This document shows positions 24,724 to 34,931 of a DNA stretch of 64,000 nt, one piece after another. Origin of the DNA: Candidatus Multivorans sp. (GTDB lineage Bacteria > Acidobacteriota > Thermoanaerobaculia > Multivoradales > Multivoraceae). The translations under genes and the position numbers were made by a program. The DNA is taken from contig OZ251997.1 in NCBI GenBank assembly GCA_965247095.1, positions 3,520,001 to 3,584,000 of the forward strand, in the 5' to 3' direction. A model generated the notes under the pieces. The model was not told the origin of the DNA. It searched no databases and was given only the letters and a program-made list of their open reading frames with translations. Positions within the stretch are counted from its first letter, which is position 1; every line of letters begins with the position of its first letter.

Positions 24724-27311
24724 GGGTAGTAGCCCTTGAGCGTGCGGATCGCCACCCCCGGCGCCCGGGCGTCGATCTCGATTTCGCGGAAGCGGCGGTC
24801 GCCGCTGGTGTTGGTCGACTGGTAGGTGATCAGGTACCGGGAGCGCAGCTCGCCGAGGATCTGCCCGTAGACGCCGGCGAGTTCGCCGACGCTGCTGATG
24901 AAGAAGGATTGGCCGCCGGTGTGTTCGGCGAGGCGCGAGAGCGCCCGCTTGGCCGGCCCCGTCTGGCGTCCCAGCCCGATCGAGTAGATCGCGACCCCGG
25001 ATCGTTGCGCGTACTCGAGCGCCTGCTCGAAACTGAAGCGGCTGCTCTCGTCCTTGCCGTCGGAGAGCAGCAGCAGCGCCCGCTGGCCCTTGATCCCGTT
25101 CAGGTAGTAGAGGCCGAAGATGAGCGCGTCGTAGAGCGCGGTGCCCCGCTCGGCCTTGAGCCCCGCGAGCGAGCCGGCGAGCTTGACGGGGTCGTTCGTG
25201 AAGTCGGCGGCGAGGTACGGATGGTCGTTGAAGGTGACGAGGGCAGCCCGGTCGCGCGGGGTGATTTCGGACTGGAACAGGCCGAGGGCGGCCTGGCGGG
25301 CCGTGCCCAGGCGGTCGACCATGGAGGCCGAGACGTCGAGCATCACCTGGAGGTGGACCGGCAGGTCGGTGACCCGCTGGAAGCGCAGGATCTCCTGCGG
25401 CGTGTCGTCCTCGTGAATGGTGACCTGGTCGGCTCGCAGGTCCTCGTACGGACGGCCCGACCGGTGGAGCGCCGTGGCGTAGAGCTCGACGTACTGGATG
25501 TCGACGATCTCCAGGTAGTCCGGCGCGTTGACGTAGACGACGGCGTCGGTGGAGTTGCCGTCGACGAGGAAGGCGGCGGCGCGCAGGTAGGTGATCTCGT
25601 CGCCTGATGGCAGGTCGACCCGGTGGCTGAAGGGTTCCTGGTAGAGGGTGGCGATCGGCTCGTCGTTGAGGAAGAGCTCCAGGCGCTCGACCAGGCGCCC
25701 GTCCGGGACCGCGAGATCGACCTCGACCTGGACTTCGCCCTCGTACTTGACGCCCTCGCGCGGTTCGGCGAAGCGGAGCGCGAAGCGGTTGCGGCCGGAG
25801 TTCATGGAGATCTCGTCCGAGGCGATCTCGGCGCCGTCCACATCGTGGGCGGTGGCGCGCAGGAGGTGGACCCGGGGCACCGATCCCAGGTCGAGTTCGA
25901 CCGAGAACGGGGCCCGGCGCTTGCGGGCGACCTGGTTGTCGTCGAGCCAGAAGCGCATCTCGACGATGTCGCCGGTGGCCAGGGTGTCGAACCGCACCAG
26001 GCCGGTCTGGAGTTCACCGGGGGGCTCGAGGAGCTGCACCGTGGGCACTTCGCTGGTGAGCACCGCCTCCGCCTGGTCGATGATCTTCTGCACCGCCGGG
26101 TCGAGCTGACGGGTGTCGGGCGCCTCCAGCGTCGGCACCTCGAGCGGCTGCTCCAGGCGGGCGAAGCGGGCCCCGTTCAGGTCCTCGATCTTGAGCACGA
26201 GCCGGTAGCTGCCCGGTCGCAGCCTGCGTTCGAAGGAGAGCAGGATGGGCGCGTCGCCTGCGCCGCCATCGGCCGCGGCGTCACTGGCGCTGCCCAGGGG
26301 CAGGTCGTACTTGTAGCGGAAGTTCTCGAACAGCGCGTCTTCGCGCAGCACCTCGCCGGTGAGGAAGAAGTTGTAGCTCGACTGCCCGCCGAGCGTGTCG
26401 CGGTGGGCCGAGGACGGATCGACCTCGACCAGGGCCTCCACCACGGTGCGCGCCTGGTAGCGGGCCGGATAGCGGACCTCGAGGGTGGCGTCCAAGGGCT
26501 CGGCGTCCTCCGGTACGTCCGTGGTGTAGGCCTCGAAGGTGAGCGTCCACTCCGCCGAGGGCGCCTCGGGCGGCTCGATCAGGCGGCCCATCAGCATGGC
26601 GAACTCCATGCCGCCGGAGCGCAGCAGCCAGTTGATCGCGGACGCGGCGACGTCGCCGTCCTTGCAGCTCTGGATGTCGCCGCCCGCGGCCGCTGCGCTG
26701 ACGCCGAAGTCCAGGAGTCGTTCGACGCCGTCCGAGGGGTGCCAGAGTTCGTAGCGGGGCTGGTTGGCGCGCCGGTGAAAGAGCAGGAAGAACTCGTGAC
26801 CGACCCGGTCGCTGCGCTGGTAGAACCAGATCTCGATCGGCCAGGTGACCATGGTGCACTGGAACTTGAGCCGCCCCGAGGGTTCCCCGTTCAGGAGGAA
26901 CATGCGCGCCCGGTCCGAGCGCGGGCCCTCGAACTCCTGCTCGACGTAGAGCAGCCGCTCCTCCCATCGAGCCCGCAGCTCGTTGCGGGGCGTGTCGGGG
27001 TAGGGGTCGCGCACCCGCCAGAAGCGCTCGATCCAGGCGCGCCGCTGGTAGTCCTGGGTGATTTCTAGAAACGCCTCGCGTTCCCCGTCGGTGATCAGGT
27101 AGTGGACATCGTCGAGGAACTTCTTGAACTCCAGCGGCAGCGCCGCTTCGGTCGCCTCGAGGGCGGCTCGGCGTTCGCGCCTCTCCTTGCGGGTCTCCTT
27201 TCGCTCCTCCTGGGCGGCTGCCGGCGTGGTGTGCGCGGCGGGTGGCGTGGTGAGGGTGAAGAAGAGGCCCGTCGCCAAGGCCAGGATCGAGGCTCTGCGT
27301 GCTGCTTTCAT
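24720..27311 (-). CDS. Secreted GWxTD-like + Ig-like + VWA domain protein (tandem paralog)
   Basis: ATG 27311 MKAARRASILALATGLF; FWRVRDPYPDTPRNEL; SDRARMFLLNGEP; MIDAS DVSASM; LLSDGKD. Confidence 0.85.
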   Translation of the reverse strand: MKAARRASILALATGLFFTLTTPPAAHTTPAAAQEERKETRKERRERRAALEATEAALPLEFKKFLDDVHYLITDGEREAFLEITQDYQRRAWIERFWRVRDPYPDTPRNELRARWEERLLYVEQEFEGPRSDRARMFLLNGEPSGRLKFQCTMVTWPIEIWFYQRSDRVGHEFFLLFHRRANQPRYELWHPSDGVERLLDFGVSAAAAGGDIQSCKDGDVAASAINWLLRSGGMEFAMLMGRLIEPPEAPSAEWTLTFEAYTTDVPEDAEPLDATLEVRYPARYQARTVVEALVEVDPSSAHRDTLGGQSSYNFFLTGEVLREDALFENFRYKYDLPLGSASDAAADGGAGDAPILLSFERRLRPGSYRLVLKIEDLNGARFARLEQPLEVPTLEAPDTRQLDPAVQKIIDQAEAVLTSEVPTVQLLEPPGELQTGLVRFDTLATGDIVEMRFWLDDNQVARKRRAPFSVELDLGSVPRVHLLRATAHDVDGAEIASDEISMNSGRNRFALRFAEPREGVKYEGEVQVEVDLAVPDGRLVERLELFLNDEPIATLYQEPFSHRVDLPSGDEITYLRAAAFLVDGNSTDAVVYVNAPDYLEIVDIQYVELYATALHRSGRPYEDLRADQVTIHEDDTPQEILRFQRVTDLPVHLQVMLDVSASMVDRLGTARQAALGLFQSEITPRDRAALVTFNDHPYLAADFTNDPVKLAGSLAGLKAERGTALYDALIFGLYYLNGIKGQRALLLLSDGKDESSRFSFEQALEYAQRSGVAIYSIGLGRQTGPAKRALSRLAEHTGGQSFFISSVGELAGVYGQILGELRSRYLITYQSTNTSGDRRFREIEIDARAPGVAIRTLKGYYP

Positions 27312-27413
27312 GGGCGACGGGGGTCCTTGGACGGGCGGCGGTGCTCGACGGTCAAGCGTACCGCTTCGGGAGGACGGCGCACCCAGTGCGCCTGAACGTA
27401 CAATCTGCGCACC

Positions 27414-28565
27414 ATGCCCACCCCGCCCGTCTACCTCGACCACAACGCGACCACGCCGCTCGATCCGCGGGTGGGCGAGGCGATGGCGTCCTGGCTCGGG
27501 GCGCGGCACGGCAATCCGTCGTCGGTCCACGCCTTCGGACGGGCGGCGCGCGCGGCGGTCGAGTTGGCGCGCGCGCAGGTGGCGGAACTCGTCGGCGGGC
27601 AGCCGCCGGAGGTGGTGTTCACCGCCTCGGGCACGGAGGCGAACAACGCGGTTCTGCTCTCAGCCTTCGCCGGCGCCGGTGGCGGCGGCGGTGGTCACCT
27701 GGTGATCTCGGAACTCGAGCATCCGTCGATTCAGGCCGCCGCGGACCGGCTCGAGAGCCTCGGTATGGACGTGACCCGGCTCCGCCCGGGCGCTGACGGC
27801 GTGATCGAGGCCGGCTCGGTGGCGGCGGCGTTGCGCCCGGACACGCGGCTGGTGTGTCTGATGCTTGCGAACAACGAACTGGGTACGGTGCAGCCGGTGG
27901 CCGAGGCGGCGTCGGCGTGCCGGGCCCGGGGCGTGCCGCTCCTGTGCGACGCGGTGCAGGCGGCGGGCAAGCTCGCCATCGATGCCGGGGCCCTGGGGGC
28001 GGACTACCTCGTGGTCGCGGCGCACAAGTTCAACGGACCGGTGGGCGCGGCCGCGCTCTGGATCCGGGAGGGCGCCGCCTTCGAGCCGCTCATCCTCGGC
28101 GGCGGCCAGGAGCGTCGGCGGCGGGCCGGCACCGAGAACGTCGCGGCCCTGGTCGGCTTCGGCGCCTGCGCGGCGCTGGCGTCCGAGGAACTTGACGGGC
28201 GCATCGAGCGGCTGAGCCGGCTGCGCGAAGGGCTCGAGGCGGGCCTCGCCGGCATCCCGGACGCCCGCCTGCATTGCGCGTCGTCGCCGCGGCTGCCGCA
28301 CACAACCCACGTCGCCTTCCCGGGTCTGATCGGCGAGGAACTCGTCGTCCGTCTCGATCTCGCGGGCTTCGCGGTCTCGACCGGGGCCGCGTGCGCTTCG
28401 GGAGTCGTCGAGCCGAGCCGGACGCTGCTCGCGATGGGAGTTGAGGCGGCGGAGGCCCTGGCGTCGATCCGCATCAGCCTCGGTACGACGACCGACGAGG
28501 CGGAGATCCGGCGCTTCCTGCCGGTGCTGGAGCGCGAAGTGGAGGCGCTGCGCTCGTGCCCCTGA
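27414..28565 (+). CDS. iscS: Cysteine desulfurase (IscS/NifS type)
   Basis: YLDHNATTP, FTASGTEANN, EHPS, ANNELG, DAVQ, AHKF, RAGTEN, STGAACASG. Confidence 0.9.
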   Translation: MPTPPVYLDHNATTPLDPRVGEAMASWLGARHGNPSSVHAFGRAARAAVELARAQVAELVGGQPPEVVFTASGTEANNAVLLSAFAGAGGGGGGHLVISELEHPSIQAAADRLESLGMDVTRLRPGADGVIEAGSVAAALRPDTRLVCLMLANNELGTVQPVAEAASACRARGVPLLCDAVQAAGKLAIDAGALGADYLVVAAHKFNGPVGAAALWIREGAAFEPLILGGGQERRRRAGTENVAALVGFGACAALASEELDGRIERLSRLREGLEAGLAGIPDARLHCASSPRLPHTTHVAFPGLIGEELVVRLDLAGFAVSTGAACASGVVEPSRTLLAMGVEAAEALASIRISLGTTTDEAEIRRFLPVLEREVEALRSCP

Positions 28566-29752
28566 CCGCGGAGCCGGCGTCCCAGGCGGTGGCGGGATGG
28601 AACGCGGGCGTCTCGCCCGCATCCGGGTCGGCTCCCCTGACCGCGGTGGCGATGAGCGGCGGTCTCGACTCGTCGGTCGCGGCGCTGCTCCTGGAGCGCC
28701 AGGGGACACCGGTGGTCGGCCTGTCGATGCTGCTCTGGGACCGCTCGCAGCAGGTCCGGAACGGACGCTGCTGCGGCTCGCTCGACCTCGGAGACGCGCG
28801 GCGGGTGGCCGAGCAGATCGGTCTGCCGCACTACACGCTGCGCATGGACGGGGAGTTCCGCCGGCACGTCGTCGATCCCTTCGTGGACAGCTACGTGGAC
28901 GGCCGCACGCCGAGTCCGTGCATCTCCTGCAACACGGAGATCAAGTTCGAGGCCTTCTGGGAGCGGGCGCGGCGGCTGGGGGCCGGCCGGATCGCCACCG
29001 GCCACTACGCGCGCATCCGGCTGGGGTCGGACGGCAGCTACGAACTCCATACCGCGGCCGACCGGTCGAAGGACCAGAGCTACTTCCTGTTCGAACTGAA
29101 CCAGGAGCAACTGGCGCGCGCAGCGTTCCCGCTGGGCGAACTGACCAAGACGGAAGTGCGCGAGCTGGCCCGGGAGGCCGGGCTGGCGGTGGCGGAGAAG
29201 GGCGAGAGCATGGAGATCTGCTTCGTCGACCGCGGCGTGCAGGAGTTCATCGAGAGCGAGCGGCCGGACCTGCCGCAGGCGCCTGCACGGGTGACGGCGA
29301 GCGACGGCGAGGAGCTGGGCGCGGCCGCGCCGTACTACCGCTACACGGTCGGCCAGCGCCGCGGCCTGGGTGTCGCCGCCGGCCGCAGGCTCTACGTGCT
29401 CGACGTGCAGCCGGAGCGGAACCGGCTCGTGGTCGGCGGCCGCGACGAGCTCCTGGCGCCGGGTCTGATCGGCCGCGGCCCGCACTGGATCGCCGGGGCG
29501 CCGCCGCGCCCGCCGGCCGGCGCCGCCGCCGGCTCGGGGGTCGAGGTCGAGGTGCGGATCCGGTCGCGCCATTCCGGGGTCGCGGCGACGGTCGAGAGCG
29601 CATCTGGCGCGGACGGCGGCGCCGGCGTCTGCAGGGTCGACTTCAGCGAACCCCAGGCCGGCGTCGCCCCCGGCCAGGCGGCGGTTTTCTACCGCGGCAC
29701 GCAGGTCCTCGGCGGCTGCTGGATCGAGCGGCGCCTGGACGTCAGCGGGTAG
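28556..29752 (+). CDS. mnmA: tRNA 2-thiouridylase MnmA
   Basis: AMSGGLDSS, TPSPCISCN, ATGHYAR, KDQSYFL, ESMEICF, YTVGQRRGLG, PGQAAVFY. Confidence 0.95.
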   Translation: MPLTAEPASQAVAGWNAGVSPASGSAPLTAVAMSGGLDSSVAALLLERQGTPVVGLSMLLWDRSQQVRNGRCCGSLDLGDARRVAEQIGLPHYTLRMDGEFRRHVVDPFVDSYVDGRTPSPCISCNTEIKFEAFWERARRLGAGRIATGHYARIRLGSDGSYELHTAADRSKDQSYFLFELNQEQLARAAFPLGELTKTEVRELAREAGLAVAEKGESMEICFVDRGVQEFIESERPDLPQAPARVTASDGEELGAAAPYYRYTVGQRRGLGVAAGRRLYVLDVQPERNRLVVGGRDELLAPGLIGRGPHWIAGAPPRPPAGAAAGSGVEVEVRIRSRHSGVAATVESASGADGGAGVCRVDFSEPQAGVAPGQAAVFYRGTQVLGGCWIERRLDVSG

Positions 29753-30602
29753 CGGGCGCCAGCCCGATCCGGAGATCGGACCAGATCCAGCCCGGCTGCG
29801 CGGGCTCGTTCTCGTACTCGCCCCGGAAGCCGAAGCCGACCGCGATCTTCTGGCCGGAGGCGAAGGGAATCTCGTCGATGTTCGGCGTGCCCGCGGCCCG
29901 CATCACCTCGGCGCCGCTCGAGTCGGCCAAGGTGAGGACGATCCGCCCGCCGCCGGCGTCGAAGTCGAAGCGGACGTCGTAGATCTCGCCGGCCTGCATC
30001 AGGTAGCGCTCGACGACCCGCTGCTTGCTCGTGTGTTTGACGCCCCAGTCGGTGCGGTAGAAGACCTGCGGCGGACCGCCCGGCCCCCTGGCGACGCCGA
30101 AACCGAACAGGTCGACGTGCTTGTCGCGGGCGAACCAGAACAGGTTCTGGTTGCGGGAGGGGACCTCATTCCAGCCGCCGTGGCGCACCCGGAAGCGGAA
30201 GACCACGCGCCGGTAGGTCCCGGGCGGTATGTCGAGCCGGGTCTCGAAGTCGGACCGCTCCGAGGTGGCGCGGTGGAACTCGCCGGCGAGGGCGAGGCGG
30301 ACGGCGCCGCCGTCGCTGACGACGGTCTCGGGTGCGAGGGGTAGATCGCCTGCGCGCGGTTCGCCCGGTTCGGCCTGGTCGAGGACCTGCACGCCCTCGT
30401 GCCTGCAGGCCGCGGCATTGGCCATCCACTGGGCTCGCCGGCAGAGGTCGAGGAAGGCGTTGCGTTCGCTGCAGTCCGGCAAGCGGCCGGCGATCTCGAC
30501 CACCGCCGTGGTCATCGTCTCGGCAATCTGCCCCTGGAGTTCGATGCTCCCGGCGCTGGGCTGGTGGTGTCTAAAGGCCTCGACGATCTGGTCCCTGTTC
30601 AT
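29742..30602 (-). CDS. Hypothetical protein: N-terminal Acb2/Tad1-hairpin-like helical domain + C-terminal beta-rich domain
   Basis: RBS GAGGAG, ATG 30602; N-terminal FRHHQP...LPDCSERNAFLDLCRRAQWMANAAACR; alternating beta-strand pattern in the C-terminal half. Confidence 0.6.
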   Translation of the reverse strand: MNRDQIVEAFRHHQPSAGSIELQGQIAETMTTAVVEIAGRLPDCSERNAFLDLCRRAQWMANAAACRHEGVQVLDQAEPGEPRAGDLPLAPETVVSDGGAVRLALAGEFHRATSERSDFETRLDIPPGTYRRVVFRFRVRHGGWNEVPSRNQNLFWFARDKHVDLFGFGVARGPGGPPQVFYRTDWGVKHTSKQRVVERYLMQAGEIYDVRFDFDAGGGRIVLTLADSSGAEVMRAAGTPNIDEIPFASGQKIAVGFGFRGEYENEPAQPGWIWSDLRIGLAPATR

Positions 30603-30725
30603 GTCTCCTCCAGGTCTCACTCTCCGCGTTCGGAGGGCAAGACCTGGTGAGGTCTTGTCGAGGGGCTGCTACCGGCCCGGATCTCGCCCGTTTTGTTGGA
30701 CCTCGTACTTTGCCACATCAGGCGA

Positions 30726-31454
30726 CTACCGTCGACGGCCACACCCGCCGACCACGACCGTCACCTCGCCGCGCAGCTTCGGGAGCTCCCGAACCTCGCC
30801 GGCGAGTTCGCCGAGCGGACCGCGCAGCACCTCCTCGTGCAGCTTGGTCAACTCGCGCGCCAGCGCCGCGTCGCGGTCGGGGCCGAAGGCGTCGGTGGCA
30901 TCGGCGAGCGAGGCGGCGGCGCGCTGCGGCGACTCGAAGAACACGACGGTGTGGGCGAGGGCGGCGTGGGAGGCGAAGAAACGTCGCCGTCGGCCCTGCT
31001 TTGGCGGCGGGAACCCGAGGAAGGTGAACGGGTAGGGCGGCAGCCCGGAGACCACCAGCGCGGCCAGGATCGCCGAGGGGCCGGGCAGCGCCTCGACCGC
31101 GAGGCCCTGCTCCACCGCGGCCCGCACCAGGCGGAATCCCGGATCGGAGACGAGCGGGGTGCCGGCGTCGGAGACCAGGGTCACGGCGCCGCCGTCTTCG
31201 AGCAGGCGCAGCACGCGGCCGATCTGGCGGTCCTCGTTGTGGTCGTGAAGCGGCAGCAGCGGCGGCCGGCCCGGGCCGCTGGCGCCGAAACTCTCGAACA
31301 GCCGGCCGGTGCGGCGGGTGTCTTCGCAGGCGACGAGGTCGGCCGAGAGCAGCGCTTCCCGGGCGCGCGGGGAGAGGTCGGCCAGGTTGCCGATCGGCGT
31401 CGCCACGATCCGCAGCCGGCCGGCGGGGGCCGCCGCCGGTTTGGGGGCACTCAC
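30726..31454 (-). CDS. rsmI: 16S rRNA C1402 2'-O-methyltransferase
   Basis: VATPIGNLADLSPRA, ACEDTR, VSDAGTPLVSDPG, FESPQR, ARELTKLHEE. Confidence 0.95.
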   Translation of the reverse strand: MSAPKPAAAPAGRLRIVATPIGNLADLSPRAREALLSADLVACEDTRRTGRLFESFGASGPGRPPLLPLHDHNEDRQIGRVLRLLEDGGAVTLVSDAGTPLVSDPGFRLVRAAVEQGLAVEALPGPSAILAALVVSGLPPYPFTFLGFPPPKQGRRRRFFASHAALAHTVVFFESPQRAAASLADATDAFGPDRDAALARELTKLHEEVLRGPLGELAGEVRELPKLRGEVTVVVGGCGRRR

Positions 31455-31458
31455 GGCG

Positions 31459-33708
31459 TCAGCCCGCGGACCCGTAGAGGTCGTGGTACTGGGCCACGTT
31501 GTGGAGCACGTGCTCCAGGTAGTTCCTGGTCTCGCTGAAGCCGACCTTCGTGAAGAACTCGTCGGCGTCGCTGGTGTAGCAGTGACGGCGCCAGAGGCCG
31601 GCCTGCGCTTCGCCGGCGTTGTAGGCGGCGATCATGATGTGCTGTTCGTTGCCGAACAGGGCGCGCAGCTCTGCCAGATGCGCGGCGCCGAGTTCGATCG
31701 CGAGTGAGGGATCTTCCAGGTCGCGCGGCGTGCGCAGGGGCCTGCCGGAGCTGGCCGCGAGCCGCGCCGCGGTGGGGTAGACGAACTGCATCAGGCCCCG
31801 CGCCGAGGCCGCCGACACCGCCTGGTGATCGAACCGGCTTTCCTGGCGCATGATCGCCGCCATCAGGAAGGGGTCGAGGCCGCGCCGCGCGGCGGCGGAG
31901 TCGATCATGTCGCCGTAGGCTCTCGGGTAGAGGACTCTGCGGAGGGTGAGCGGGTGGAGCGGCGCCGGGATCCGGCTCGGCGCGCGCTGAGCGAGGATCT
32001 CGGCGATCAGGAGCGCACGCCGCGGCCGGCTCTTGGCGAGGCCCTCGGCCGCCGTCAGGGCGAGACGCGGGCTCGCCACCGGGAAGTGCCGGTCCACGAC
32101 CTCGACTGCGTCTCCCCACAGGCCGAGCGCCAGCATCAGCTCCTGCGGACCTGTGACGGGCCGGGTCCACAGCGGCCAACTGTCGGTCGGCACCCCGCGA
32201 AGCGTCAGGAAGGAACGCACGTCCAACTCGGCGGCCAGCCGGCCCTGGAGGACCTGCCGCGCGGCCTCGGCGTTGTCGCCGCGCCGACCGTAGAGCAGCC
32301 AGGCGCGGTAGAGCATGGAGGGGTTCTGGGAACGCGCCATTTCGCCCGCGAGCCGTTGGGCGTGAACCCGGAGCGGCTCGGCGGCAAGACGCCTCGCGGC
32401 CTCCTGCGCCAGGGGGTAGTACGGGTCGGCCGCGAGCACGTCGGTGTAGTGCTCGATGGCGCGGTCGAGACCGCCGCGGGCTTCAAGCAGCCGGCCCTGC
32501 CAGTAGCGCACCTCGAGCGCGACACTACGACTCGTGCGGGCGGCGTCGGCCAACCAGTCCCCGGCTCGGTCGAGGCGTCCCTGGACGATGTCCGAAACGG
32601 CGAGAAACAGGCTGCCGCGGGCGACCACGGCGCGGTCGCTCTGGAGCTGCAGCAGCACGGGATAGAGTTCGAGCGCCTGGTCCTCGAGCCCGCGCCGCCA
32701 GTCGAGGCGCATGGCGCCGAGCAACGCCGCGGCCGCGAAGTTGCCCTGGGGCTCGGCCAGGTAGGTGCGGCGGAAGGTGTTGGAGGCGGCCTCCCAGTTG
32801 CCGAACAGCTCTTCCGACTTCGCCTTGTGGTAGAGCGCCTGTGCCGAATGGCGCGCCGAGCTCACATTCGTGGCCAGCACTTCGTAGTGCCGGGCCGCGT
32901 CCTCCAGGCGGCCCTGCCAGAAGTGGCTGCGCGCCCACCGGTAATGGATCTCGAAGTCGGAGTTCGTCCGAACCTCCAGGTCGATCACGATCCGGCCCAG
33001 CAGTTGATTGGAGCGGTCGAACGCGCGATGTTCGTGGAATGTCGTGCCGAGCAGCAACAGTTCCTGCGGGTTCTCGAGCTCCGGACGCAGGCCGTGCAGC
33101 CGTTCGGCGGCCTCGAAGGCCACGACGTCGTTCGACCGCTCCTCGAGCAGGGCGACCAGGTCGAGAGCCCCCTCGTCCAGCTCGCCGGCCGCGAGCCGGC
33201 ACTTGGCGCGGCTCAGGCTCAGCAGGCGGCGTTCGGCTGCGGGCATGCGGGAAATGGTGATTCCGCGCAGCAGCCGGCAGTCCCCGCCCAGGTCGAGACT
33301 CGACGCGAGCAGTTCGGCAGCCGGCCGCACCAGGACCCGCGGTGGCCGGTTGCCGAGGAGCGTCGCCGAGACGCCGGCCGCGATCTCCGGGGAGCCGAGG
33401 CGGGTCTGGGCTACCGCCAGGCGGTAGCGTGCCCAGGGTTCGAGCGGCGGAGTTTCGGTCAGGCAGGTGGCGAACGCCTCGGAGGCGTCATCGAGCCGCC
33501 CGAGTCCTTCCAGCAGCCTTCCCTCCAGGTAGCACATGCCGTACCGGGCTGCGATGTCCGGCTGCTCGCTGCGTATTCGTTGCGTCTCTTCGAGGGCGGC
33601 CCGGTGCTGCCCGTCGGACTGGAGCTCGACCAGGCGGATGCGCGGATCGTCGTCGGCCGCCAGCACCAGCAGCGGCAGCGTCCAGGCGATCATGACTGAC
33701 GCGGCCAT
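31459..33708 (-). CDS. TPR-containing soluble lytic transglycosylase
   Basis: C-terminal SLT motifs AIMRQESRF, ARGLMQF, AAYNAG, ETRNY; TPR-like helices; start at MAASVMIAW (33708) inferred. Confidence 0.85.
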   Translation of the reverse strand: MAASVMIAWTLPLLVLAADDDPRIRLVELQSDGQHRAALEETQRIRSEQPDIAARYGMCYLEGRLLEGLGRLDDASEAFATCLTETPPLEPWARYRLAVAQTRLGSPEIAAGVSATLLGNRPPRVLVRPAAELLASSLDLGGDCRLLRGITISRMPAAERRLLSLSRAKCRLAAGELDEGALDLVALLEERSNDVVAFEAAERLHGLRPELENPQELLLLGTTFHEHRAFDRSNQLLGRIVIDLEVRTNSDFEIHYRWARSHFWQGRLEDAARHYEVLATNVSSARHSAQALYHKAKSEELFGNWEAASNTFRRTYLAEPQGNFAAAALLGAMRLDWRRGLEDQALELYPVLLQLQSDRAVVARGSLFLAVSDIVQGRLDRAGDWLADAARTSRSVALEVRYWQGRLLEARGGLDRAIEHYTDVLAADPYYPLAQEAARRLAAEPLRVHAQRLAGEMARSQNPSMLYRAWLLYGRRGDNAEAARQVLQGRLAAELDVRSFLTLRGVPTDSWPLWTRPVTGPQELMLALGLWGDAVEVVDRHFPVASPRLALTAAEGLAKSRPRRALLIAEILAQRAPSRIPAPLHPLTLRRVLYPRAYGDMIDSAAARRGLDPFLMAAIMRQESRFDHQAVSAASARGLMQFVYPTAARLAASSGRPLRTPRDLEDPSLAIELGAAHLAELRALFGNEQHIMIAAYNAGEAQAGLWRRHCYTSDADEFFTKVGFSETRNYLEHVLHNVAQYHDLYGSAG

Positions 33709-33828
33709 ACGAAACGATAACCGGAAAGCAGGATCCGGCATTCCGGCGCACCGGTGGCGCCGCACCGGTGGCGGCCCGTTGGCGCCGTCCGTGGCAGGAT
33801 AGGGAATCGACTGGAGGATCTTTGGGCC

Positions 33829-34914
33829 ATGCTCGACAAGCTCGAACAGATAGAGCACACCTTCGACGAGCTGACGGCCAAGCTCGCCGATCCCGACTTG
33901 CTCGCCAGCCCCGGCGCTTTTCGGGACACGAGCCGGGCGCTGGCGGAGCTGAACCCGGTCGTCGAGCTCTTCCACCGGTACAAGAAGACCCGGGAGGAAC
34001 TCGATCAGACCGCGGAGCTCCTGAGCGAACTCGACCGCGACGACGATCTGTTCCCCATGGCGACCGAGGAGCAGCGGTTGCTGCAGGCGACGCTCGACGC
34101 GCTCGAGGAGAAGGTGAAGCAGGAGCTGACGCCCAAGGACCCGGACGAGAAGCGCAACGCCGTGCTCGAGATCCGCGCCGGGACCGGCGGCGACGAGGCG
34201 ACTCTGTTCGCCGCGGAGCTCTTCCGCATGTACAGCCGCTTCGCCGACGCGCACGGCTGGAAGGTCGACATCCTCGACCTCTCCGAGTCCGGCATTCGCG
34301 GCGTCAAGGAGGTGTCGGCGATCGTCGAGGGCCGGGGCGCGTTCGCCACCCTGCGCTACGAGGCGGGCGTCCACCGCGTGCAGCGCGTGCCGGAGACGGA
34401 GGCCTCCGGGCGCATCCACACGTCGGCGGTCACCGTCGCCGTGCTGCCCGAGGCGGAGGACATCGAGATCGAGATCGCACCCTCGGACCTGCGGGTGGAC
34501 ACCTACTGCGCGTCCGGCCCAGGCGGCCAGGGCGTCAACACGACCTACTCGGCGGTGCGCCTGACCCATCAGCCCACGGGCCTGGTCGTCACCTGCCAGG
34601 ACGAGCGGAGCCAGATCAAGAACAAGGCGAAGGCGATGCGGGTGCTCAAGAGCCGCCTGCTCGAGATGGAACAGGCGCGGGCCGAGTCCGAGATCGGCGC
34701 GGAGCGCCGGCGGATGGTCGGCCGCGGCGACCGCTCCGAGAAGATCCGGACCTACAACTTTCCGCAGAACCGGGTCACCGACCACCGCGCCGGGTTGTCG
34801 GTCCACAAGCTGCCTTCGATTCTCGAAGGCGACCTCGACCCGCTGATCGTCCCGCTGCACCGGCACTTCGAAGCGGAGCGGCTGCAGCAGTCGGGCGACA
34901 GCGGAGCGATCTGA
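33829..34914 (+). CDS. prfA: Peptide chain release factor 1
   Basis: [22 protein letters not shown] (PxT), SGPGGQGVN (GGQ), [14 protein letters not shown]; RBS GGAGGA. Confidence 0.97.
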   Translation: MLDKLEQIEHTFDELTAKLADPDLLASPGAFRDTSRALAELNPVVELFHRYKKTREELDQTAELLSELDRDDDLFPMATEEQRLLQATLDALEEKVKQELTPKDPDEKRNAVLEIRAGTGGDEATLFAAELFRMYSRFADAHGWKVDILDLSESGIRGVKEVSAIVEGRGAFATLRYEAGVHRVQRVPETEASGRIHTSAVTVAVLPEAEDIEIEIAPSDLRVDTYCASGPGGQGVNTTYSAVRLTHQPTGLVVTCQDERSQIKNKAKAMRVLKSRLLEMEQARAESEIGAERRRMVGRGDRSEKIRTYNFPQNRVTDHRAGLSVHKLPSILEGDLDPLIVPLHRHFEAERLQQSGDSGAI

Positions 34915-34931
34915 CTCCAGGTTGCCTGCTG

